64,000 nt of DNA from NCBI GenBank assembly GCA_963968165.1, contig CAXAFE010000002.1:72244-136243 (forward strand), given 5' to 3'. Below, in pieces: positions 1-8,091 of the stretch. Position numbers and translations under genes: made by a program. Source of the stretch: an uncultured Candidatus Poseidoniales archaeon. Lineage in GTDB: Archaea; Thermoplasmatota; Poseidoniia; Poseidoniales; Thalassarchaeaceae. Below the pieces are notes generated by a model, which saw only the letters and a list, made by a program, of their open reading frames with translations, did no database searches and was not told the origin of the DNA. Each line of letters opens with the position of its first letter. Position 1 is the first letter of the stretch.

Positions 1-48
1 AATAAGTATGAATACAATAGCAATACTTACTCGGTAGACACTACCCAT
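1..48 (-). CDS. 5' fragment of a probable secreted/membrane protein running off the window edge
   Basis: Reverse strand from ATG at 48 reads MGSVYRVSIAIVFILI with no stop; signal-peptide-like; divergent from the gene at 141. Confidence 0.4.
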   Translation of the reverse strand, partial: MGSVYRVSIAIVFILI

Positions 49-140
49 CTCTACCCGCGAGAAGGGTTAGCGAGATAACTTATTGTGATACGTGATTGTT
101 TATCCGTTGAATATATGGGCAAGAATGGTTTCGAAGTGGT

Positions 141-2216
141 ATGCGTTCAATAGAAACTGTCGCCATCATTGGATCCGGGAATATGGGTTCAGGCATTGCC
201 CAAAAATCTGCACAGGAAAATTTTTCAGTACAAATGGCAGATAGAGAAGAAAAATGGGTTAAAAATGGTCAAGAAACAATATCAAATTTATTGAATCAGG
301 CTGTTGAACGTAGAATATTTAAAATTGAACAAGTGAATTCTATAAAAAATAGAATTACGGGAGTTATTGGAACAGAAAATATAGATCCAACAACTGATTT
401 AGTAATCGAAGCTGTTTTTGAAGATTTTAAAGTAAAAAAAGATGTTTTTAACACTCTGAATAAAATATGCAATCATAATACTATACTGGCAAGTAATACT
501 TCATCACTTTCGGTAAATGATTTGGCAGAGGCAAGTGGCAGAGCTGATCGATTTATTGGCCTACATTTCTTTTATCATCCTGCTAAAAATAGATTAATAG
601 AAATTATTCCCGCGAAAAAGACATCTGAGAATACGATTAAAGCAGTTGAAACATATTGTAAGACAATGGGTAAAGTAGTCATAATTTGCAAAGATAGACC
701 TGGATTCGTCGTAAATAGATTCTTTGTTCCTTGGTTGAATGAAGCATGTATTTTACTCCAAGAAGGAATAGCAACTGCTGCTCAAATAGATGCAATAGCA
801 TGTCGTGCATTCAAAATAGGAATGGGCCCGTTTGCTTTGATGAATCTGACCGGCCCGACGATTGCACTTCATGCCACAGATTATTTATCTGAACAGTTGA
901 ATACACCAAGATATTTGGGTGCAGATAACTTAAGAGAAATAGTTACTAAAGGAAATTTATGGAATATTGAAGAAGACGCTGAGTATGAAGACAAAATAGC
1001 CTCATTAGTAAAAGAAAGATTGATGGGGCAAGTATTTGCAGTTGCAGCACAGATAGTTGATGAGGGGATTTGCTCCAAAGAAGATGTAGATAGAGGAGCA
1101 AAGGTTGGCCTTAGATGGAATGAAGGACCTTTTGAATTAGCAAATAGAATTGGAATAAGGGAGGCCTACCAAATGGCAACCAAATACTGTGATTTGGCCA
1201 ATTTCAATATTCCAAAAATTCTAGATAGTCAGAATAGTATTTCCAAAAATTTTGAATTTTCATACATTGATGTAGATATCAAAAAAAATATTGCAACGAT
1301 CAAATTGAATCGGCCTGAAGCAATGAATGCTCTAAATGTGAATTTAGTAAACGAATTAGGAGAAGTAATCGATGAAATAAATGGAATTGAGCATATTGAT
1401 GCAATTGTACTTGAAGGAGCTGGTAAAGCATTCGTTGCAGGAGCAGATGTAAAATTCTTTGTTGATAAGATAAAAGGTGACGCAGTCAAGGAAATATATG
1501 ATTTTACTGCATTTGGCCATGAAGTATTGAATAAACTGGAAAATAGTTCCAAAGTAACAATTGCACTAACAACTGGATTGGCACTGGGGGGAGGATTGGA
1601 ATTAGCTCTTTCCTGTGATTATAGAATAGGAACAAACAGAACTCAATTCAGATTTCCAGAAACTAATATTGGAATTTATCCAGGTCTTGGTGGAACTCAG
1701 AGAACAACTAAAATTTGTGGCATAGAAGCCGCTCGATATGCAGTATTAGCGGGAAATTTGCTAAATTCTGAAAATGCTAAGGCCTTCGGTCTACTAACTC
1801 ACTTGGTTAATGACAAAGAAATAGAAGAAACTATTCATAAGGTTATTAATTTGGGTAAAAATAGGAATAAATACACAAAAACTCCCTTTGACGAAGATAA
1901 TGTTGTAGTTAAATTTGCAAAATCATTTTACAATGATGAAAATACATACAAATTGATTAATGGATTAAATTTAGAAAATCTAGATACTGAGAACTCAAAC
2001 GTCATAAAACAAATAAAAAAGTTATCTTATACTGCTCCAATTGCATTAAAGATCGCATCAAAACTACTGGATATTGCTAATCATGAAAGTACTAAATTGA
2101 GTGAAGGTTTGGAAGAAGAATTAAACAATTTAAATTTTATATTTAATACATCTGATTCTCTAGAAGGGTTATCCGCTCTAATCGAAGGAAGAAGACCGCA
2201 ATATAATAATAAGTAA
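141..2216 (+). CDS. 3-hydroxyacyl-CoA dehydrogenase / enoyl-CoA hydratase fusion (archaeal domain order)
   Basis: N-terminal GSGNMG Rossmann motif, EAVFED, ASNTSSL, GLHFF; C-terminal crotonase motifs LNRPEAMNAL, AFVAGAD, GGGLELAL, PETNIGIYPG. Confidence 0.95.
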   Translation: MRSIETVAIIGSGNMGSGIAQKSAQENFSVQMADREEKWVKNGQETISNLLNQAVERRIFKIEQVNSIKNRITGVIGTENIDPTTDLVIEAVFEDFKVKKDVFNTLNKICNHNTILASNTSSLSVNDLAEASGRADRFIGLHFFYHPAKNRLIEIIPAKKTSENTIKAVETYCKTMGKVVIICKDRPGFVVNRFFVPWLNEACILLQEGIATAAQIDAIACRAFKIGMGPFALMNLTGPTIALHATDYLSEQLNTPRYLGADNLREIVTKGNLWNIEEDAEYEDKIASLVKERLMGQVFAVAAQIVDEGICSKEDVDRGAKVGLRWNEGPFELANRIGIREAYQMATKYCDLANFNIPKILDSQNSISKNFEFSYIDVDIKKNIATIKLNRPEAMNALNVNLVNELGEVIDEINGIEHIDAIVLEGAGKAFVAGADVKFFVDKIKGDAVKEIYDFTAFGHEVLNKLENSSKVTIALTTGLALGGGLELALSCDYRIGTNRTQFRFPETNIGIYPGLGGTQRTTKICGIEAARYAVLAGNLLNSENAKAFGLLTHLVNDKEIEETIHKVINLGKNRNKYTKTPFDEDNVVVKFAKSFYNDENTYKLINGLNLENLDTENSNVIKQIKKLSYTAPIALKIASKLLDIANHESTKLSEGLEEELNNLNFIFNTSDSLEGLSALIEGRRPQYNNK

Positions 2217-2221
2217 TTTAA

Positions 2222-2308
2222 TCACTTGTTAGGAGATTGAATCCACGCAGGGGCCCTGTAATTAGCTATACATTTGAATATTGATAGTTTAATATTATCA
2301 AGAGTCAT
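2222..2308 (-). CDS. putative 28-aa peptide
   Basis: MTLDNIKLSIFKCIANYRAPAWIQSPNK; GGAG upstream; start overlaps the end of the preceding small ORF. Confidence 0.3.
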   Translation of the reverse strand: MTLDNIKLSIFKCIANYRAPAWIQSPNK

Positions 2309-2375
2309 TTAATTTTACTCCTAAATCTTTTTTTTCAAATACTTCATCTACCCAATTTTCTAAAAATTTATCCAT
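2298..2375 (-). CDS. putative 25-aa peptide
   Basis: MDKFLENWVDEVFEKKDLGVKLNDS; GAGAGG SD-like sequence upstream. Confidence 0.3.
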   Translation of the reverse strand: MDKFLENWVDEVFEKKDLGVKLNDS

Positions 2376-2393
2376 TTTTTATTCCTCTCTAAC

Positions 2394-2414
2394 TCGGTGT
2401 TATTTCTACACCGA
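2394..2414. promoter_or_regulatory. palindromic operator-like site TCGGTGT-N7-ACACCGA
   Basis: Perfect 7-bp inverted repeat; shares GTGT-N7-ACAC core with the site at 2465-2479. Confidence 0.45.
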
Positions 2415-2464
2415 ACGCATGAATATACCTATATTAAGCAGGTAGTATTTACGAGCACATCGAG

Positions 2465-2479
2465 GTGTATTTTATACAC
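2465..2479. promoter_or_regulatory. operator-like palindrome GTGTAT-TTT-ATACAC overlapping a TATA-like box of the HxlR gene
   Basis: Inverted repeat about 30-40 nt upstream of ATG 2507, enclosing TTTATA. Confidence 0.45.
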
Positions 2480-2506
2480 TAGATAGTTTACGGGTTACTA
2501 GATAAC

Positions 2507-2965
2507 ATGGTAAGAGAGCCGATGATAATTACAGATAGTGACTATAAGGTAATAGATTCAGCAATTGAGGATGTTAAAAAAAGTGGTACAGAAATAAGAA
2601 AAACACTAGCAAGTTACAATGAGAATGATGGTTATAATATAGAATGGGAGGTAGGGGCTGCTGTTGAAGCATTTTCTAGTTTCAGCTCTAGATGGAGTAT
2701 AGAAATATTGGCTGCATTATATATCGCTGGAGATAGAAGATTCAACGAAATGAGAAAATTATTGAAGGGAATTAGTAGCAGAACACTTTCTGATAAATTA
2801 ACACATTGTTCCGAATTAGGATTAGTAAATAGGATAGTAGATGAAGGGCCTCCAATCAGAGTTAGATATCAATTAACAGAACATGGAAGGAATGCTGGTA
2901 GACTCTTGAGTCCTTTAGTTGCATATATGAAGATTCAAAAAGGTAGAGTAGTTATTGAAAAATAA
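2507..2965 (+). CDS. HxlR-family winged-helix transcriptional regulator
   Basis: RWSIEIL...RRFNEM...GISSRTLSDKL...GLVNR...PPIRVRYQLTEHGR. Confidence 0.9.
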   Translation: MVREPMIITDSDYKVIDSAIEDVKKSGTEIRKTLASYNENDGYNIEWEVGAAVEAFSSFSSRWSIEILAALYIAGDRRFNEMRKLLKGISSRTLSDKLTHCSELGLVNRIVDEGPPIRVRYQLTEHGRNAGRLLSPLVAYMKIQKGRVVIEK

Positions 2966-3035
2966 ATAATTGGGGAGCAATAGTGAAACACAGAGCCATG
3001 TATACTTAAAGGCTAGAAAGATGGCATCTCGTAAT

Positions 3036-3689
3036 ATGGCCTTGATAGAACAGTTACGATGCGCCTATCCGATAACATCGGATATTCTAACAGCAATGTT
3101 AGGAGGAGTTGTGGGAATTAGTACTATTATTCCATTTATTGCTCCAGCCGTACAGGGATCAATATCGGCACCACATCATGAAGAGCATGTCCATCCACTA
3201 AGAACAAAAATTTTATCCACCCTTGTCAAATCTCCTGGTATTCATTTTAGAGAATTACAACGACAATTAAATGCTGCTAATGGGACATTGAGGCATCATT
3301 TAAGAGTACTAATGAATGAAAAAACAGTCACAGTCATTTCAGTAAACGGTAGGACTTGTTACTACGCAGGTGCTCCTGCTCAAGTAGAAATTTTAGAAGG
3401 AACAGGAGTTACCGATCAATACAAGGCTGCATCGATGCTTCCAGTAGGATTATCTGTTGTTCAGAAAAGTATTGTTACAAGATTATCAAGATCTCCTAAT
3501 CCGATATCTCAAGCACAACTAGCCCGGGACTTAGGAAGATCACGGGCGTCGGTTCATTCTGCAGTTTCTGTTTTAAGGGGAAGAGGAATATTGAGTGAAT
3601 CAAAGATTTGCTTAGCCCCGCACCTTGAATGCTTGAGTAGTTCTAAAGTAGATTATCCGTGGTTGGATATACGTAAAGAATTAGCATGA
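3036..3689 (+). CDS. double winged-helix protein with N-terminal hydrophobic segment
   Basis: PGIHFRELQRQL..NGTLRHHL and ISQAQLARDLGRSRASVHSAV HTH motifs; start uncertain (ORF opens at 2970). Confidence 0.75.
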   Translation: MALIEQLRCAYPITSDILTAMLGGVVGISTIIPFIAPAVQGSISAPHHEEHVHPLRTKILSTLVKSPGIHFRELQRQLNAANGTLRHHLRVLMNEKTVTVISVNGRTCYYAGAPAQVEILEGTGVTDQYKAASMLPVGLSVVQKSIVTRLSRSPNPISQAQLARDLGRSRASVHSAVSVLRGRGILSESKICLAPHLECLSSSKVDYPWLDIRKELA

Positions 3690-3744
3690 AAATGCCGTCT
3701 GGCATAGCCAATGCTCTTGAGCCTTGTAATACTCGACGTAGATT

Positions 3745-4833
3745 GTGATAAGGCTAAAACTTATTGAAAAGCCTATGCCCACTGGGAGTAAAAATCCAGA
3801 TATCCTGCTCTCTTGGATACTAGATTCTATTGGATTAGTTCGGCGTAAAGCAGAAATATGGGAAGATGGAGAGCAAGGAGCTTTGCACCGTATAATGAAA
3901 GATGCTTTGTTAATAGAGCCATTGAAAGGTTGGGATACTAAAACTCTTGGAGATGTATGTGGGCTATCTCAAACTGGCATGCAGCATCAAATGGTGAAGT
4001 TGAGAGATTCGGGTTTGATTGCTTCAGAAAATCATGGTAGATGGCATATTTATGTACTTAGAGGCGGGTCAATTACATCTGCAATTAGGCTATTATCAAT
4101 TCAAGTAAAAGGGATTATGGAATTAAGAATAAGTGAGCTAACAAAATATATCCAACCGTCAAAAGAAAGAATGCAAATTCCAAAAGATAAGGTAGAAATA
4201 AATTTTAAAATTAGTGTTTGTGAACATTCCGCTACTAAAGAAGATAATGATAGGTTGGATGCATTGATTGCGGATTTAGGCATAAATGGGGAACGGGCTA
4301 AAAAAAATGATGATTTGGCAAAAAAAATATTTATTGAATTATCCACAAATACAAATCCAATAACAATATTATCTACCGCAGATAAGTTTTCTGAATCAAG
4401 ATCACGGGTTAAGAGAACTATGAATAGATTCAGAAATGCAGGTATCGTTGAAAGGGTCCCAATGTTAAATAGAATTGCGCAGGATATATTCTCAGGAGTA
4501 ATGCGACAGTTAGATGCAAGGGGAGAAGAATGGCTCTTGACAAGAGGTGGGCTTGGAAGGATACCACCGGAAATTGCTGAAAATATAATTAATAGTGCAA
4601 AAAAAAGGAGTTTGACTATTAATAAAATAGAAAAGATGTTGGAAGAAGTTTCAATTGACTCACAAAAAATATTATTGAATACACTGGGCGGAAGATTACC
4701 ATATGGATTCAGAATCGCAGGTAAAGATGGTGAGGATTTGGAAATGCTAATTATGACAAAAGTAGAAAGGGTTCTAAGAAGATTAAATACTGTCGCAGAG
4801 AGGTTAGAAAAATCGTTATTAAATAATCTTTAA
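3745..4833 (+). CDS. internally duplicated wHTH (ArsR-like) protein
   Basis: Two similar halves, each HTH-like (LGDVCGLSQTGMQHQMVKLRDSGLI; TADKFSESRSRVKRTMNRFRNAGIV). Confidence 0.6.
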   Translation: MIRLKLIEKPMPTGSKNPDILLSWILDSIGLVRRKAEIWEDGEQGALHRIMKDALLIEPLKGWDTKTLGDVCGLSQTGMQHQMVKLRDSGLIASENHGRWHIYVLRGGSITSAIRLLSIQVKGIMELRISELTKYIQPSKERMQIPKDKVEINFKISVCEHSATKEDNDRLDALIADLGINGERAKKNDDLAKKIFIELSTNTNPITILSTADKFSESRSRVKRTMNRFRNAGIVERVPMLNRIAQDIFSGVMRQLDARGEEWLLTRGGLGRIPPEIAENIINSAKKRSLTINKIEKMLEEVSIDSQKILLNTLGGRLPYGFRIAGKDGEDLEMLIMTKVERVLRRLNTVAERLEKSLLNNL

Positions 4834-5804
4834 ATTAATATTTCATCATGATTTAAATTTTCAAGATACCTAGTTACTCTATCTCCAAGTTCTTCTTGAG
4901 TTCTGACGGAATGTAGTTCGACTCTCATGGCTGAAGCTCCTGATAATCCTTTTGTAAATGATATCGCATGCCTTTTTAGATTTTTATTAATTTGATTAGG
5001 ATATACATCTTTACTAATTTCTAGATATCTGTTCCAACACCAAAGTCTAGCAGCGGCATCAGTATCATTACTCCATGGTGGAGATGATGTATCCCATTCC
5101 AAATCTCGCTTAATATCATGGAATATATTGGGCATACCTATCGCCCCTCTACCAATCATTAATCCCGCCGCACCAGTGACTTTCATGCACATTTTTGCCG
5201 TAGTAGAATCTATAATGTCTCCATTCGCTATTACAGGAATATTTACGGCATCAACAATTTCTCTTATTTGTTCCCAATCTGCAACTCCCGAATATCTTTG
5301 TCTAAGAGTACGCCCATGGACACAAATTCTTTCAATTCCTTCTTTTTCAAGTCTCTGTGCAACTTCTAGAGCCGTGTTAGGCCCTGAGCCAGTTCCTAAT
5401 CTTACTTTAACTGAAATTGGGACCTCAGCAACTTCTAAACAAGATCTAACCATTTTTACTATTCGATCAGGATCTTTTAACAGAGCTGCTCCTGCTTCAT
5501 TCCTACATACTTTTGGTGCTGGGCAGCCAAAATTAATATCAATTATATCTGCACGACTTTGGAGGAGTTTGACTGTTTGAACCATTTCTTCAGTTATGCC
5601 CCCAAATATCTGTGGAATAAATGGAGATTCGCTTGGATGACTTTCAACTTTAAGCCACGAATGCGATGCATGCCTAGATAGACCGGCAGCCGCAGTAAAT
5701 TCGGTCACAGTAAGGTCTGCTCCGCATTCTCTTGCAAGTATCCGATACGCAAGATCCGATACGCCAGCCATTGGGGCTAAAAATAGCGGTACGGCAGAAA
5801 CCAT
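4830..5804 (-). CDS. dus: tRNA-dihydrouridine synthase (DusB-like)
   Basis: LAPMAGVSD, DINFGCP, VHGRT, IANGDI, MIGRGA. Confidence 0.93.
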   Translation of the reverse strand: MVSAVPLFLAPMAGVSDLAYRILARECGADLTVTEFTAAAGLSRHASHSWLKVESHPSESPFIPQIFGGITEEMVQTVKLLQSRADIIDINFGCPAPKVCRNEAGAALLKDPDRIVKMVRSCLEVAEVPISVKVRLGTGSGPNTALEVAQRLEKEGIERICVHGRTLRQRYSGVADWEQIREIVDAVNIPVIANGDIIDSTTAKMCMKVTGAAGLMIGRGAIGMPNIFHDIKRDLEWDTSSPPWSNDTDAAARLWCWNRYLEISKDVYPNQINKNLKRHAISFTKGLSGASAMRVELHSVRTQEELGDRVTRYLENLNHDEILI

Positions 5805-5849
5805 AATAATTCTGCGGACAAATGACTTTCCTATGAGAGCGTCGGTAAA

Positions 5850-6464
5850 TCAGAATGTTGATTCCCAGTCTGCAACATCTTGGGAGCGTTCCCAATCTGC
5901 ATCTGTTATGGTACCACGTAGTTTCAGTACTTCACGAGAAAGGAGCCAAAATATCAATGCGAGAGATCGGCGGCCTTTGTTGTTGGCTGGAAGTGCAATA
6001 TCTACATTTCTAAGTTTATTATTTGCATCACAGATTGCAACCACTGGAAGACCTGAATTTACAGCTTCATTCAGAGCCTGAGAATCTGCAGCTGGGTCGG
6101 TTACTATAATTAATTCTGGTTCCATGTATGTGCGCAGTCTAGAATTGGTTAGAGTTCCGGGTATAAATCTTCCAACTATATGTTTTGATCCTATTGATTG
6201 AGCAAACATTCTGGCTGGCCTCTGTCCATATTGACGGGCACTCACGACTAGAATCCTATCAGCGTCATAATTTGAAAGGAATTTTGCTACTGTTCTTATT
6301 CTTGAATCGGTTTGATTTATGTCGATTAGATGTAAACCTGCAGCATCTTGTCGCTCTGTATCAAGAAATCTCTTCATATCTGCTGATTTTTGATTTGTAC
6401 CTATATGTACAGCATGTTGTTCATATGTTTCAAATGGTACCAAAGGGGCCATACTTTCATCCAT
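5850..6464 (-). CDS. rps2: 30S ribosomal protein uS2
   Basis: VHIGT, GRFIPGTLTN, VTDPAADSQA, PANNKGRRSLA. Confidence 0.97.
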   Translation of the reverse strand: MDESMAPLVPFETYEQHAVHIGTNQKSADMKRFLDTERQDAAGLHLIDINQTDSRIRTVAKFLSNYDADRILVVSARQYGQRPARMFAQSIGSKHIVGRFIPGTLTNSRLRTYMEPELIIVTDPAADSQALNEAVNSGLPVVAICDANNKLRNVDIALPANNKGRRSLALIFWLLSREVLKLRGTITDADWERSQDVADWESTF

Positions 6465-6531
6465 AATTATACCTCAGTAGCGCGGCCACCTGCCATCTAT
6501 TCATAAGCGCTACGCATGAGTAAAAAATATT

Positions 6532-7152
6532 TCATGTCTCTAATTCAGAAATAAAAGTACACTCTAGCCCCACTTGAATTTCAGGAAATTGTGCACATGG
6601 CTTAGTAATTGTTGCATATACTTCGAAATGATCGTGGAAAGATAGCTGATCAATTGGAGCGGTAACGCCATACCCTCGTGCTTCCACTTCGAAACTCCAT
6701 TCTCCAGATATTAAATCACTTTTACCGAATGTAAATCTTTCCAAGGAATAATCTTGAGTGGCTCTTACTTCCCAAAATGGATTTCCTCCAGCTAATTTTT
6801 GGCCAGGTTGCCACAACTTAACTTCGACATATCTATACTCATTAGTTTCATTGCCGACGGCATCTTCAATTGTTGAGGAATAAGGAAATTGAGCCCGAAA
6901 TTCGATAACTAGTTTTGAAACAGTTTCATCAAAAATTATTGCAGTTTCATTAGAATAAAGTATTGCATTTAAATCAGATGATGAATCAAATGTATAATCC
7001 CAACCATATCTGTCTGATTTTTCAATAGTTAACACAGGATCTCGCATATCTTCCATTATTTCTCGTTGCATTGCCAAGCCTAGGCAACCACTTGTTAGCA
7101 GGCAGACGCACATTATTGTAAATATGGGACTCAATGAAATTGTACCACTCAC
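6532..7152 (-). CDS. hypothetical lipoprotein
   Basis: Likely GTG start at 7152 (TTGAA 30 nt upstream); hydrophobic stretch plus LTSGCLG lipobox-like motif; the ORF extension to 7293 runs through the sRNA and is probably not translated. Confidence 0.6.
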   Translation of the reverse strand: MSGTISLSPIFTIMCVCLLTSGCLGLAMQREIMEDMRDPVLTIEKSDRYGWDYTFDSSSDLNAILYSNETAIIFDETVSKLVIEFRAQFPYSSTIEDAVGNETNEYRYVEVKLWQPGQKLAGGNPFWEVRATQDYSLERFTFGKSDLISGEWSFEVEARGYGVTAPIDQLSFHDHFEVYATITKPCAQFPEIQVGLECTFISELET

Positions 7153-7198
7153 AAAGTCTCGGAGATAGTGATATGACTTCAATCCATTTATTGTTGGT

Positions 7199-7266
7199 GC
7201 CTCTCGGTACTCATAGGGAACGTCAATGCCATTCGGCTCAGTAAACCCTTTTGTCGTCATTGAGGC
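7199..7266 (-). ncRNA. box C/D sRNA, sR-tMet-like (guide for Cm34 of pre-tRNA-Met)
   Basis: GCCTC-A-ATGACGA(C)-CAAAAGGGTTTA-CTGA(D')-GCCGAATGGC hairpin-ATTGACG(C'-like)-TTCCCTATGAGTA-CCGA(D)-GAGGC; terminal 5-bp stem; D guide complementary to ACUCAUAGGG. Confidence 0.8.
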
Positions 7267-7318
7267 GTATAATGCTGTGAGGACATGCGTCATTAAACCT
7301 GCTACTCTAGAGGGAGAA

Positions 7319-8011
7319 TTATTCTTCCTCTAATACTCTTGGTTTGTGTACTTCTCGGAAAACTACGACCCCTACGCCGAGATTTTCCCTTATGGTTTGA
7401 ACCAAAGAAAATTTTGCATATGGCCAGTTTTGATCATATGATATTTCCTCGGGGAGTGTTACCGTCATGTCATCACCTTCGAATTCTACCTCGAAGTCTT
7501 CTCTTCCTGTGTTCATCTTTAGTAATGTTTCAACACGTTCTTTTCGATCTTCAACGACCTTTACAATTTTATAATTATATCTTAATGTAACACCGGCTAG
7601 TGGGTGATTATAATCTATTCTGGCCCTACCTGCGCTAAGAAATTGTAACATACCAGTACGTCCGCCAATTTCTACAGGTCCCCCTATGTGAAGAGTATTA
7701 GGATCTTTGACACTTTTCAGTAGTACATTTTGAGATATAGTTTCAATTAAACTTTGATCTCTTTCCCCATAGGCATCTGCAGCATCGATATCAAAATTAT
7801 AATCCGAATCAGGCGCTGCATCTGCAAGATGCAATTCAAACCCCTTAATGAGACGACCGGAACCAACTATTGATATCATAGGAGCATATGTACGATTTTC
7901 ATCAAAAACATCATGCTCTTTTGCTATTTCTTCTCGAGTAGTCTCAATGAGCTTCTCAGTATTTGCGTTAAATAGGTCGTAATCAATATGAATAATTGAG
8001 CCATCTTCCAT
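7319..8011 (-). CDS. slyD: FKBP-type peptidyl-prolyl isomerase (SlyD-like, long archaeal type)
   Basis: IETTREE, GRLIKGFE, AYGERD, IDYNHPLAG; GGAGG before ATG 8011 (ORF opens at 8059). Confidence 0.92.
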   Translation of the reverse strand: MEDGSIIHIDYDLFNANTEKLIETTREEIAKEHDVFDENRTYAPMISIVGSGRLIKGFELHLADAAPDSDYNFDIDAADAYGERDQSLIETISQNVLLKSVKDPNTLHIGGPVEIGGRTGMLQFLSAGRARIDYNHPLAGVTLRYNYKIVKVVEDRKERVETLLKMNTGREDFEVEFEGDDMTVTLPEEISYDQNWPYAKFSLVQTIRENLGVGVVVFREVHKPRVLEEE

Positions 8012-8091
8012 TCTATTAGCCTCCGCGGACGTCCCGGCGACTTGCTCACCCTTTTTCATTCAAACGGTTTGATTTGAAAAAATAATTAGCA

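Noticed and set aside
7153..7293. N-terminal extension of the 6532..7293 ORF
   Set aside because: Overlaps the C/D sRNA; the lipoprotein signal and promoter spacing favour GTG 7152
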